Assembly: GCF_006345805.1 (NCBI RefSeq)
Contig: NC_043023.1
Coordinates: 3,596,001 to 3,660,000, forward strand
Reading direction: 5' to 3'
Source of the DNA: Octopus sinensis
Lineage: Eukaryota
DNA length: 64,000 bases
Both the position numbers and the translations under genes were made by a program. Positions 52,270 to 64,000 of the stretch are shown in pieces. Within the stretch, counting starts at the first letter, position 1. Each line of letters starts with the position of its first letter. Under the pieces are notes generated by a model, which saw only the letters and a list, made by a program, of their open reading frames with translations, ran no database searches and was not told where the DNA came from.

Positions 52270-52400
52270 TGAATTTTCTGCTGCTTAAAATAAAGTATAT
52301 ATATATAGGTGGAGAATTCATGAAAAAAACAAAAGATGAAGACAGGTGGTGTACAAAAACAAACAGATGTATTAGTATAATGCTCAGGAATAGAAAAAGT

Positions 52401-52436
52401 CTTTTACGTTTCGAGCCTACGCTCTTCTACAGAAAG
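52401..52436 (-). ncRNA. Minimal hammerhead motif (family B), duplicate of 50937-50972
   Basis: Identical motif in the tandem duplication. Confidence 0.55.
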
Positions 52437-52952
52437 GGATACAGAAAAAACAAGGAGAGAAAAAATGTGTGTAGTGGCTAGGGCATCCAGCTGTAGAAAC
52501 TCTGCCAGATCAAGATTGGAGCCTGGTGCAGCCATCTGGTTCGCCAGACTTCAGTCAAATCATCCAACCCATGCTAGCATGGAACGCAGATGTGAAACGA
52601 TGATATATATATATATATGCGACAGGCTTCTTTCAGTTTCCATCTACAAAATCCACTCCCAAAGTTTGATCAGCCCGAAGCTCAAGGTGATACATACATA
52701 CATACATACATTATGTGTGTGTGTGTGTGTGTGTGTATGTATATAAATATATATACACGTTGGGCAAGACTTTTCCTGATGTATATTTTGCCATTTACAA
52801 AGATGACGCCCTAGCTTTAGCCACAAATACCAATGGACCAGCACAAGATTGGTTTAAGAAGGACATTATCCAAATGAAAACTTTTGGTCTCAGCCCAACT
52901 ACAGACACCAACCTGACGGTTGTCAATTTCCTAGTTGTATCCTTAGATTTAA

Positions 52953-53441
52953 CCCTTTCATTACCAGCCCGGCCAAATGTCTTGTTTTCATAAGTTTTTC
53001 ATTAAAATCTTCCACCAAACCTTCGTCACAATTTATGTTCCTAATACTAACTGAATGATAATTAAATTATTTTACTAAATTCTTTGTTATATTTAAAATT
53101 AATTGAAAGAAACAGAAATATGGTAACAAAAGGGTTAAAGACAGTCAGTGAAATGTGTCTTCAATTTGCACAAGATTTGGCTGCTATTTCTAACAAGTGA
53201 AACAAAATCTGCAAATTTACCCTTCTGATACCAACCTGGCTAAAACCACCTCTGGCTCTGTAGTATAAATGTCTTGTTTCCATAAGTTTTGAATTAAAAT
53301 CTTCCACCAAACCTTAGTCACAATTTATGTTCCTAACACTAGCTTAATGATAACTAAGTTATTTTACTAAATTCTTTGTTATATTTAAAATTAATTAAAA
53401 GAAATACAGAGCATCACAAAATAAATACAGTAACAAAAGGG
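52953..53441. mobile_element. Two adjacent piggyBac-like MITEs (52953-53134 and about 53220-53441)
   Basis: TTAA|CCCTTT...AAAGGG|TTAA termini. The two copies are similar to each other. Removing the block restores SLDLNNIYKLYRKP. Confidence 0.75.
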
Positions 53442-53748
53442 TTAAATAATATTTACAAACTTTATCGGAAGCCCAACGATAGACTTAGTTATATTAATGT
53501 GGGTTCATGCCATCCCCCCATAGTGTTTAAAAATTTAGTTAAAAACATTAGCAAAAGAATTTCTAGCCTCTCCTCCGATAGATTTTTAATAGCGTTACCC
53601 CAGAATATAATAAGGCTCTAAAAGATAGTGGATTTAGCGAGGAAATAGCCTAAACAGCTGTTACCAGTCCAGTAATAAAGAAAGGGAAACATAGGAATAG
53701 GAAAACTATCTGGTTCACACACACTTACTCCCCCGAAGTGACCTTTAA

Positions 53749-53968
53749 CCCTTTAGCATTTAAACCGGCCATATCCGGCCAAAATATTCTACATGTTTTA
53801 TGTTCAAATTGGCTAAATCCAGTTTCGAACAGCTCTCATACAATGTCATACTAAAAGCAAACAATTGCTTCATTGAAATCTCAAAGTTACAAGACAATGC
53901 ATGATTAATTCAAAAGAATGTGAAGAAATAAATATTATATTTAACAGAATAATCTGAATGCTAAAGGG
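53749..53968. mobile_element. piggyBac-like MITE
   Basis: TTAA|CCCTTTAGCATT...AATGCTAAAGGG|TTAA. Removing it restores EVTFNIGKYF of the host Penelope ORF. Confidence 0.85.
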
Positions 53969-56183
53969 TTAATATAGGTAAGTATTTCTTAGCACTTATA
54001 GACAGACATTTTCCAATCAATCATAGTAACAGAAAGCTCTTCAATAGACATAACGTAAAAATCAGTTATAGCTCAACGACTAATTTTTATAATATGATCG
54101 CACACAACACACAAAAGCAACAAAATGAAACGAGCTGTTCATGCAGGGATGAAAATTTGTGCCCGCTAAATGGAGCTTGCATGTCTGAGACCATCATTTA
54201 TGAAACCACTGTAGACGCTACAACCACTGAGGAAATAGTTTCGTCAAAGAAATATATGGGTCTCACAGAAGGGAATTTTAAAGCCAGGTTCAACTTAAAA
54301 CCAGTGATCTAGCATATTAAAATCTGAAGGTTCAGAAAATTGTATTACATAAATATGAGAGGGATGACCACTAAGTGGACAACCCTTATGCTAGAAGTAG
54401 ATTCGCTATGGTCTTATATATGTATACACACACACAAATACACACACACAAACAATTTATCCTCTCATTTGTGTGTGTGTATGTGTATGTTAGTGAAGTT
54501 AGTTAGTTAATTAGTTAGTTAATTTTTTGGCTCAAAAAGCAAAAAGCAAGGCCATGTAGGGGGACATGGAGTTAGGTACAGGGTGGTGTTCATGTAAAGA
54601 GTTCAGGCCATTTTTGGTCAAGGGAGACTTTGAACCGAGTGGTCGTCGGCATCTTCACCATCTCGTCTGGCAGCTTATTCCACAGATCCGCAACCGTATG
54701 TATGTCTTCCCACATCATGACAACCAGTGTTGGTTTCTTTACATCCCATAACTCAACAGTTCAACAATAGATACCGACAGAATAAGTACCAAACGTTAAA
54801 AATAAGACCGGGGTCAATTCATCTGACCAAAACCCTTCAATGTTGTGCCCCAGCATGGCCACATTCCAATGACTGAAACAAGTAATTGTTTTACTTATAA
54901 AATGGCATTGTAGGACAGATGTGAGAGGCCAGGCCTGGTCAGTTTGAACATGAAACAGGTGGAATATTTGGGCAGGATATGGCTGGTTTAAACATCAAAG
55001 GGTTAAAAACCCTTTTGATACCCTATTTACTCTTTACTCTTTTAGTTGTTTCAGTCATTTGACTGCGGCCATGCTGGAGCACCGCCTTTAATCGAGCAAC
55101 TTGACCCCGGGACTTATTCTTTTGTAAGCCCAGTACTTATTCTATCAGTCTCTTTTGCCAAACCGCTAAGTAACGGGGACATAAACACACCAGCATCGGT
55201 TGTCAAGCAATGCTAGGGGGAAAAACACAGACACACAAACATATACACACACATACACATACATATATATACATATATACGACGGGCTTCTTTCAGTTTC
55301 CGTCTACCAAATCCCCTCACAAGGCTTTGGTCGGCCCGAGGCTATAGTAGAAGACACTTGCCCAAGGTGCCACGCAGTGGGACTGAACCCGGAACGAGCT
55401 ACTTACCACACAGCCACTCCTGCACCTATTTCTGTTGAAATACTTTTCCTTTGTTTCAATTCATTTTAAAAATAATTAAGAATTCAGTAAATTAACTGTC
55501 ATTATTAAGCTGGTGTTTCAAAGAGAATTTAACGAGAAATTTTGATGGAAGGTTTGAATTTAGATCCCTTTAACCCTTTAGTTATCAGGCACAGGAGTGG
55601 CTGTGTGGTAAGTATCTAGCTTATGAACCACGTGGTTCTGGGTTCAGTCCCACTCTGTGGCACCTTGGGAAAGTGCCTTCTACTATAGCCTCAGACCAAC
55701 CAAAATCTTGTGAGAGGATTTAGTAGCCGGAAACTGAAAGAAGCTTGTCGTATATATGTATATATATATGTGTTTGTGTGTCTGTGTTTGTCCCTCCAAC
55801 ATCGCTTGACAACCGATGCTGGTGTGTTTACGTCCCTGTAACTTAGCAGTTCGGCAAAAGAGACCGACAGGATAAGTACTAGGCTTACAAAGAATAAGTC
55901 CTGGGGTCGTTTTGCTCAACTAAAGGCAGTGCTCCAGCATGGCCACAATCAAATGACTGAAACAAGTAAAAGAGTAAAGAGTATATTTCAGTCAAATTAC
56001 ATTGACTTTGTTTCAATTAATTTTTGAAATAATGAAGAATTTAATTAAATGACCCGTTAATTATTAAGCTGGTATTTGGAACATAAATGAACATGAAATT
56101 TTGAAGGATGGTTTTCATTTAGATCACGTTAACCCTTTTCATACCATATTTTGATTAAAATACACTAGCTTCATTTTGATTAA

Positions 56184-56951
56184 TCTCTCTCTACATAAAG
56201 CTGAAGTTGTCTGTGTATGGCAGGTTTGGTAGCCTTCAACTAACACTATCTCCTCCGAGACCCTGCGGCACAAGTTGACCAAAATTGAGAGTATGATAGA
56301 AGAAGGCTTGCTCTTCATTCCATAGAAGAAAATTCAAATCGGACCATGTTAACACCAAAAGTTATTTACATCAAAAAGGTGCATTTTTTTTCTATGAAAA
56401 TCCCTATTTTTTATGATTTTTTAACTGCTGCGTTGTCATTTTTCAGTGCATTTCAACCAGAAAAATGTTCGCTTAAAGAGAATAACAAGCTACATAATGC
56501 AAAATTTTTACTTTTTAAAAATTCCAATTCTAAAGGGTCGAAACAAACCCAAGCAACGCCGGGCGATACTGCTAGTATATATATAAAGCTGAAGTTGTCT
56601 GTGTGCGGCAGGTTTGGTAGCCTTCAACTAACACTATCTCCTCCAAGACCCTGTGGCGCAAGTTGACCAAAATTGAGAGTATGATAGAAGAAGGCTTGCT
56701 CTTCATTCCGTAGAAGAAAAAATTCAAATCGGACCATGTTAACACCAAAAGTTATTTACATCAAAAAGGTGCTTTTTTTCTATGAAAATCCCTATTTTTA
56801 CTGCTGTGTCGCCATTTATCAGTGTATTTCAACCAGGAAAATGTTCACTTAAAGAGATTAACAAGCTACATAATGCAAAATTTTTACTTTTCAAAAATTC
56901 CAATTCTAAAGGGACAAAACTAACCTAAGCAACACCGGGTGATACTGCTAG
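56184..56951 (+). mobile_element. Two head-to-tail non-autonomous Helitrons (56184-56575, 56576-56951)
   Basis: 5' A|TC start. Each unit ends with a GC hairpin (cccaagcaacgccggg) and CTAG|T. The units are near-identical. Confidence 0.85.
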
Positions 56952-57539
56952 TTTTGAAAATAATGAAAAATTTAGTAAAACAACTGTCGTTATTAAACTG
57001 GTATTTCAAATATATATATATATTAAGAAATTTTGATGGATCAGCAACAAGCTCTGATGAACCAGCTATCTTTCCAGCATCAGTTACCACATTGCTGTCA
57101 ATGTGAAGGGCTGGTCCTTCACATCCTCCATCAACAGCTTCTGTAAACAGCCCAACTATGAGCTTTTCTTTCCAAGGTCACGAAGAGTAAGGGTACTGTT
57201 AGCATTTTGTACACACTTCTTGTAACTAACAAGGTATCAATCTCCTCTTACTATTTGTGTGTGTGTGTGTGTGTGTGTATAAACATACATACATACACTT
57301 CTATATACAAATACATACAATTACATATGTAAATATATACATACGTATATACAATGCACATATGTATACATACACATATGTACATATATACACACATTCA
57401 TACGTATGTATACACACACACACGTATGTATATCATATACATACATACACACATCCATGTGTGTGCATATGTATATATATATATACACACACACACACAT
57501 AAATATATATATACACACACACATCCATGTGTGTGTATG

Positions 57540-57573
<34 letters not shown>

Positions 57574-57823
57574 TATACATACACACACGTGTGCATATTA
57601 TAAATATGTATATCTACACACACACACACATACATATCCATGTGTGTATATATACACACACACACACACGTACATATAAATATATGTATATGTACTCACA
57701 TACATAACCATGTGTGTATGTGTGTATATATACATACACACATTCCCGCCTACATTTATACACATACATATACACACACACATATATACACCACTACCAA
57801 ACAGCAACACTTCCAGTATAAAA

Positions 57824-57858
<35 letters not shown>

Positions 57859-58104
57859 AACATACATTTACATACACACCTTCCCACCTGTACATATAAC
57901 ACCCCACACATATATACACACATATATACACCCCGATCAACCTGTATCACTTCCCACTATAATAATTAACACACCTGAAGCAAGGCTGTCCCTGAAGTCC
58001 AATCAACCAATCGTTACGGTTTCCTCACATCTGATACTCTCTCAGGTAAGTCTATAATTACAGGTATTTACTGAACTGGGGTAGGTACTGCTGTACCGAC
58101 TGAA

Positions 58105-59660
58105 AGTGGTGATGTGGGAGGTGTGGTGGTGGTGGTGGTGGCTGTGATGATGAAATGGGGGGTTTGGGGGTGTTGGTAGTGGTGGTGAGAGTACTTGTGG
58201 CGGTGGTGGAGGCTGTGATGATGATGTAGGCGGCATCAGAGGTGGTGGTGGTGTTGGTGGTGGTGGTGGTGGTTATGGTGATGGTGGTTATGGTGGTGGT
58301 GGTGGTGGTGGTGGTGGTGGTGGTGGTGGTGGTGGTGATTGTGTTGATAATGGTGGTGGTGGTGTTGGTGGTGGTGGTGGTGTTGGTGGTGGTGGTGGTG
58401 GTGATTGTGTTGATAATGGTGGTGGTGATGATGGTGGTGGTGGTGGTGTTGGTGGTGGTGGTGTGTGGTGGTGGTGGTGATTGTGTTGATAATGGTGGTG
58501 GTGGTGGTGGTGGTGGTGGTGTTGGTGGTGGTGGTGGTGGTGGTGGTGATTGTGTTGATAATGGTGGTGGTGATGATGGTGGTGGTGGTGGTGATGATGG
58601 TGGTGATGGTAGCTGTGATGATGTTTGTTGCGTTGGTGATTGTGACAGTGGTGGTGATGGTTGTGGTGGTGGTGGTGGTAGTATTGATGGTGATGATTGT
58701 GGTAGTAGTAATCATTGTGTTAGTGGAGGAGGAGGTGGTGGTGGTGGGGTGACGATGGTTGCTGTTCTGTTGGTGGTGACAATTATTACAGCGATGATGA
58801 TGAGGATGATGATGGTTGTGATGATGATGAGGATGATGATAGTTGTAGCGATGATGATGGTAGTGGTGATGATGATGTTAGTGGTGAAGATGATGGTAGT
58901 GGTGATGTTGATGATGATGGTGATGATGATGATGTAGTGATGATGAGATGATGGTTGTAATGATGATGATGGTTGTAATGATGATGATGATAATGGTAGT
59001 GGTGATGATGATAATGGTGATGATGATAGTGGTGAAGATGATGTTAGTGGTGAAGATGATGGTAGTGGTGATGATGATGATGGTGATGATGATGATGGTG
59101 ATGATGATGATGGTTGTGATGATGATGAGGATGATGATGGTTGTAATGATGATGATGATAATGGTAGTGGTGATGATGATAATGATGATAGTGGTGAAGA
59201 TGATGGTAGTGGTGGTGATGATGATGATGGTGATGATGATGATGTAGTGATGATGAGATGATGGTTGTAATGATGATGATGGTTGTAATGATGATGATGA
59301 TAATGGTAGTGGTGATGATGATAATGGTGATGATGATAGTGGTGAAGATGATGGTAGTGGTAATGTTGATGATGATGGTGATGATGATGATGTAGTGATG
59401 ATGAGATGATGGTTGTAATGATGATGATGTTGATGGTTGTGGTGGTGATGATGTTGATGATGAAGATAATGATGATGGTGGCTGTGGTGATGATGGTCGC
59501 GGTGGAGTTGGTTGCAATGGTGACAAAGGTGGTAGCACTGGTGGTGGTGGTTGTAGTGGTGGCAGTGATGTACTTATACCAAACCTAAGTTGTGGAAATA
59601 GTTACTACATCATTGGTTGTGACGATGATGATGATGTTGATGGGGAGATGATGGGGTGAT
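58105..59660. repeat. (GGT)n/(GAT)n trinucleotide compound repeat
   Basis: Direct reading. Confidence 0.95.
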
Positions 59661-59967
59661 GCTCTAAGTTGTGACAATAACAAGTGATATTTTAATTAAT
59701 TTTTTTTCGTCATACAGAGGTAGAGATGACGGAGAGAAAGCATAAACCATTTCAGTGGTAGGGTGTGTGGCAGGGGTTATGGGGCAGAGGGGAATACAGT
59801 AATTAAGTAGGGAGTTGCTAGTCGGCGGGGGGAGGGTTGCAAGTTATATATATATATATATAAGTACAAAGTAAGCTAGAGGTTATGAGTGTAACCCACT
59901 ATGGGATATCATTTATCCAATATACTGCTGGTAAAGCACCCAAATGCCAAATACATAAATGCTTATA

Positions 59968-60150
59968 ATATATATATATATATATTTCCTCTGTCTTCCC
60001 TTCAATGGATCTTTCCTTCTCCTATGTTTCCAACAAAGAGCTCCGCTCGAAACGTTAAACCCTCCTTCTTTCCTGAGCATCCAATAACACTATACTTGTT
60101 CCACGTCCTTGTGTTGTTGTGTTTTTTTGTGCTTTCTTGTTTGGATTAAC
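59968..60150 (+). mobile_element. Family C (TA)n-embedded element with decayed hammerhead (60026-60060)
   Basis: Reverse complement homolog of 13021-13220. A sister copy at about 60905-61088 lacks the ribozyme core. Confidence 0.6.
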
Positions 60151-60893
60151 TATATATATATATATATATATGATGGGCTTCTTTCAGTTTCCGTCTGCCA
60201 AATCCACTCACAAGGCCTTGGTCGGCCCGAGGCTATAGCAGAAGAACCCAAGGTGGCATGCAGTGGGGCTGAACCCCGAACCATGTGGTTTAGAAGGAAG
60301 CTTCTTACCACACAGCCACGCCTGCACCTATATATATATATATAGAGAGAGAGCGAGAGACAAAGCGGGAGAAAGAGAGACAGAAGGAGGGAGGGGGAAA
60401 CAGCTGTGTGATGATCTACCGCGCTTGCACAGAGCAGTCAGCACACCTCACAGGTGCTAAACACATGTATACATTAACAAGCGTGTCTCACACACAAACA
60501 TCTGTACAAACAAACAAGTTGTCTCTAAGTTGTCTTTCGATTTGAAAAACCAGCAACCAAACCTTCCCTTAAATCACTCAAACCTATTTTACAGTGTATA
60601 TACAACGTGTATACCTGTGTGTATACCTGTGTGTGTATGGGGGGGGGGGTAATGTGGTGTGTAAATTATAAAATAGATTTTGCGGATGAACAAATCTCAA
60701 TACTATTTATTATAATTATATATATATAAGAAATATTGAATTTCTAAATCTCTCGTAGAGACCTGTACGGTGGTAGGGCGATAGAATGGTTGTATACTGT
60801 CAATCTAACAAGAACGTGACAGTAGGGGGTACACCACCGTTGTATAGCCCTAGGAAGCATCGAACGCCTCCTGACAGCTTCGACACATTTTTT

Positions 60894-60924
<31 letters not shown>

Positions 60925-61082
60925 ATGTGACTGTGTGTACCGTTGGCGATTTTTTTTCCTCTGTCTTCCCTTCACTAGATCATTCCTTCTCCTATGTTTC
61001 CTCCTTCTTTCCTGAGCGTCCAATAATACTATATTTGTTCCACGTCCTCGCGTTGTGTTTTTTTGTGCTTTCTTGTTTGGAT

Positions 61083-61128
<46 letters not shown>

Positions 61129-61921
61129 TCTATATATATATATGATGGTACGTAAAAAGACCATTCAAGTGTGATTGTTACCAGCGTCGCTTTACTGGCA
61201 TTTGTGCAGGTGGCACATAAAAAAACACCATTTGGGTGTGCTCGTTGCCAGTACTGCCAGACTGGCTCTTGTGCTGGTGGCACGTAAAAGCACCCACTAC
61301 ACTCTCGGAGTAGTTGGCATTAGGAAGGGCATCCAGCTGTAGAAACTCTGCAGATCAGATTGGAGTCTGGTGCAGCCATCTGGTTAGACAGTCCTCAGGC
61401 AAATCGTCCAACGCATGCTAGCATGGAAAGCGGATGTTAAATGATGATGATATATATGTGTGTGTGTGTATATATACATCACATACCCACACATATGATA
61501 GCTAATGTACTCTCTACATACCTTTCTATCTATCTATCTATATAAACAGGAAAAAAGCAACAAGAATAGATTAGTTGTTCAGTACAATTGTTTCATACGA
61601 AGAACAGTTTTATTTAAAGCTGCAAATATTGCAGCAAATACAAATGTCCCGTATTCATCAGCCAAAAACATATGAGTTTTCCAAACATCCTAGGGGGTGA
61701 GGCTACCCTCATGAAGTATCGAGAGAGTCTATGAAAAGCAAAGTTAGGGTTGTAAGCAGACTTAAAATGTTCTTAATGATGCACAGTTTTATAAAAGGTT
61801 TTTTAATAAGATTGTTAACTTCTCAGAAAAGGTAAATCCATCCAAATAATGCAGGGTGTAATTTCCGGAGATATGAGGAAAGATTTTATTTACAGAAAAG
61901 ATGAATATATCTATCTATCTA

Positions 61922-61957
<36 letters not shown>

Positions 61958-61958
<1 letters not shown>

Positions 61959-63121
61959 GAAAAAAATTACCCCCGTCCAATGGACGGTGTTCAGTTGTCA
62001 AACATTTAAACTAAATTTTCTCAAAAACAACTTGTCCGACCGTCCATAGGCCTCCCCTTTGAGAAACACTAATGTTAAGCTAAATTGAGACACCAGCAAA
62101 GAAGAAAAAAGATAGACTTTTTTTCAATTCCAAAGAAAAACGATTTTATACACAAAATATGCAACCGAAGAGTTTAAAGTACCAGTAATTATAAGGCTGT
62201 TGACTGGAGGAAGAACAAAACATGGTTTTAACTGTAAGCTGGCAGGAAAGAAAACGTGACTTTAAGCAGTACAAAAACAACAAAAATGGAAGGTGCAGTT
62301 ATGTACAGTTTGACAGAAGAAAAGCAGGACAAAAACGATGCCTGCAAATGGGTTAGCTGGAGGTAAATCTAAATGGAAAAGCATGATGAATTTATGAGAA
62401 TGTACCTGGGACAATAATAAGTTTATCTGATAAAATATGTAGGAAATCAACTTGGGGTGATTTTTGATGAAAAGCAACAACCTAGGGACCTAAGTAACTA
62501 ATTTTAAGCTAACTTACTTTACAGGAAAAGCTAGGGAGCGCAGGGTATGGAAAAGCTAGTGGAGCGCAGCCTTGTAAACCACATTCTTTGTTACTCATCT
62601 GGAGCGTAGTAGAAAAGGTTTGTCGAATAGCCCACATACAGTTGTCCGTGCGAAAAGCAGGGAGTGCTGAGGTCCAACCCTCACGACTTTCAATGACTTC
62701 CCCTGTGCTTTGTTGATGGTCATCGCAAAGCTCAGGCGAATCAGGAATTGAACGCATTTCATCGGGTAAACACAGTCGAACAGAATCAATGGCATGCGGG
62801 AAATAAAAACAACACCCCCTACTCCTTGACCCGTGATAACTTTTGCCTCGAGAACATCTGTGCAAACAGCATGTGCATTTTTCTCACGTATGTGTAGTAT
62901 CGATCACAACAGCTGGTGTACTTGCATGTACGAATGCACGTTCCCACGACTTTATCGATCGCATTCTCACCCAGAATTGATTTTTGTAATTTTTTCAAGA
63001 CTTATACACACCCTGATACCGTTGCTATCTACATATCAAATTTGAGTGCAATCAGATGGAGGATGCCCGAGATCCTAGAAGACACGCACAAAGACAGACA
63101 GAATGGATTTTATATAATAGA
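61958..63121 (-). mobile_element. Non-autonomous Helitron with PIF1-like helicase C-terminal remnant
   Basis: 5' TCTATTATATAAAA at 63121. Subterminal hairpin CCGTCC-att-GGACGG at 61973-61987. QF.IRLSFAMTINKAQGKSL followed by a frameshifted DLSTPCFSHGQLYVG at about 62625-62780. Confidence 0.8.
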
Positions 63122-63133
63122 AATATATATATA

Positions 63134-63580
63134 TATGGTTTGGACAAAATAATGGAAACACCTAGCATCATAATTTTGAAATATCTATAAAACTGTTGAA
63201 AGCTTGTTTATTTTTATGTCTTTTGATTTATTATTAGTTGCTGCTTAATATGTTTTGCTAAAATTGCTGTTTCTTTTGCAGATATCAGAAAAAGGTAATT
63301 AAAATGACAGATCTATTGGACTTTCAAAGAGGTCAAATTGTTGAAAACAGCCGAAATGTTTGGTGTATCAAGAAGTACCGTCTCGAAAGTAATGACAGCC
63401 TTTGAAAAGGAGTGAAAAACCTACTCAAAGCAAAACTGTTGAACTCTTAAGCGAATTGTTAGAAAGGATCACAAAAGTACAGCTCTCAAAATTACGGCAG
63501 AGCTAAATGACCGCCTCAAGAACCCAGTTTCCACAAAAACTGTTCGCTGGGAGCTGCACAAAGCGGGATTTCACGGGAGT
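63134..63580 (+). mobile_element. Tc1/mariner 5' end with transposase DNA-binding remnant
   Basis: ATG at 63304: MTDLLDFQRGQIV, then TAEMFGVSRSTVSKVM and RKDHKSTALKITAELN...VSTKTVRWELHKAGFHG, with deletions and a stop. Confidence 0.85.
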
Positions 63581-64000
63581 AATCTGAAATCCTGAGGTTT
63601 AATCTTTTTGTAGCTTCAATCATTGGCAAGCATACATTCACACACATACACACATGCCTGTGCGCTCACATATATGCGCATAAACATATACATGCATGCA
63701 TATACACACACAGAGCAAGGGTGGCATCTCATACCACCACCCACCTAATATATATATAGGTAAAAACGGTAACTCTTACTCTTTCTTTTACTCTTTTACT
63801 TGTTTCAGTCATTTGACTGCGGCCATGCTGGAGCACCACCTTTAGTCGAGCAACTCGACCCGGGACTTATTCTTTTTGTAAGCTCAGTACTTATTCTATC
63901 GGTCTCTTTTTGCCGAACCGCTAAGTGACGGGAAGTAAACACACAGCCAACGGTTGTCAAGCAATGCTAGGGAACAAACACAGACACACAAACATATACA

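Larger units (their letters stand above)
49540..52740. repeat. Near-identical tandem segmental duplication (about 49540-51290 and 51290-52740)
   Basis: Same ordered elements in both units. Boundaries fall in (TG)n. Could be real or an assembly/haplotype artefact. Confidence 0.8.
52760..54310 (+). mobile_element. Degenerate Penelope-like retroelement (RT C-terminus + GIY-YIG endonuclease) interrupted by MITEs
   Basis: Peptides YKDDALAL...VVNFL(V)VSLDL, NNIYKLYRKPNDRLSYINVGSCHPP, NIGKYFLALIDRHFP, and C.CRDENLCPLNGAC...IIYETTV...KKYMGLTEGNFKARF. Stops and frameshifts are present. Confidence 0.85.

Noticed and set aside
57040-57240. Possible exon on the minus strand (…GCEGPALHIDSNVV…GKIAG)
   Set aside because: Resembles a decayed LINE endonuclease-RT linker with frameshifts; too weak to call as either gene or element.
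58043-58051. Perfect plus-strand donor CAG|GTAAGT in unique sequence
   Set aside because: No acceptor or recognisable peptide upstream; an isolated motif is expected by chance.
58236-59588. Poly-Thr/His/Val/Met/Gly ORFs (also 47735-48342, 20140-21174, 515-1240, 48349-49028)
   Set aside because: Trinucleotide and dinucleotide microsatellites with no splice or domain support.
60400-60900. CpG-containing unique stretch as a PTDSS2 promoter
   Set aside because: No clear core promoter or donor site; cannot be supported without TSS data.

Overview
Repeat-saturated eukaryotic DNA whose SINE, microsatellite and transposon content looks like an Octopus (coleoid cephalopod) genome; this attribution is an inference from remembered repeat families. 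The only supportable host gene is the 5' part of phosphatidylserine synthase 2 (PTDSS2) on the minus strand. Its three coding exons (10980-10850, 9034-8933, 1348-1266) splice in frame with canonical GT-AG sites, and the gene continues off the left edge. The first coding exon has a strong acceptor, so a further 5' exon is implied somewhere above 11 kb; I could not find it. The rest is tRNA-derived SINEs (several families, some in tandem arrays), LINE remnants (CR1/L2-like, RTE, RLE-type), two Penelope-like (GIY-YIG) remnants, Helitrons, Tc1/mariner and piggyBac-like MITEs, foldback palindromes and very long microsatellites. The most interesting signal is a set of short (TA)n-embedded elements carrying minimal type-I hammerhead ribozyme motifs. 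There are at least 10 copies in 3 families, including a back-to-back pair with intact CUGAUGA/GAAA cores in a near-perfect palindrome at 52109-52295, and two cases where the ribozyme was deleted from a sister copy. Long ORFs in the track are microsatellite translations. All boundaries were read by eye, and repeat boundaries are approximate.
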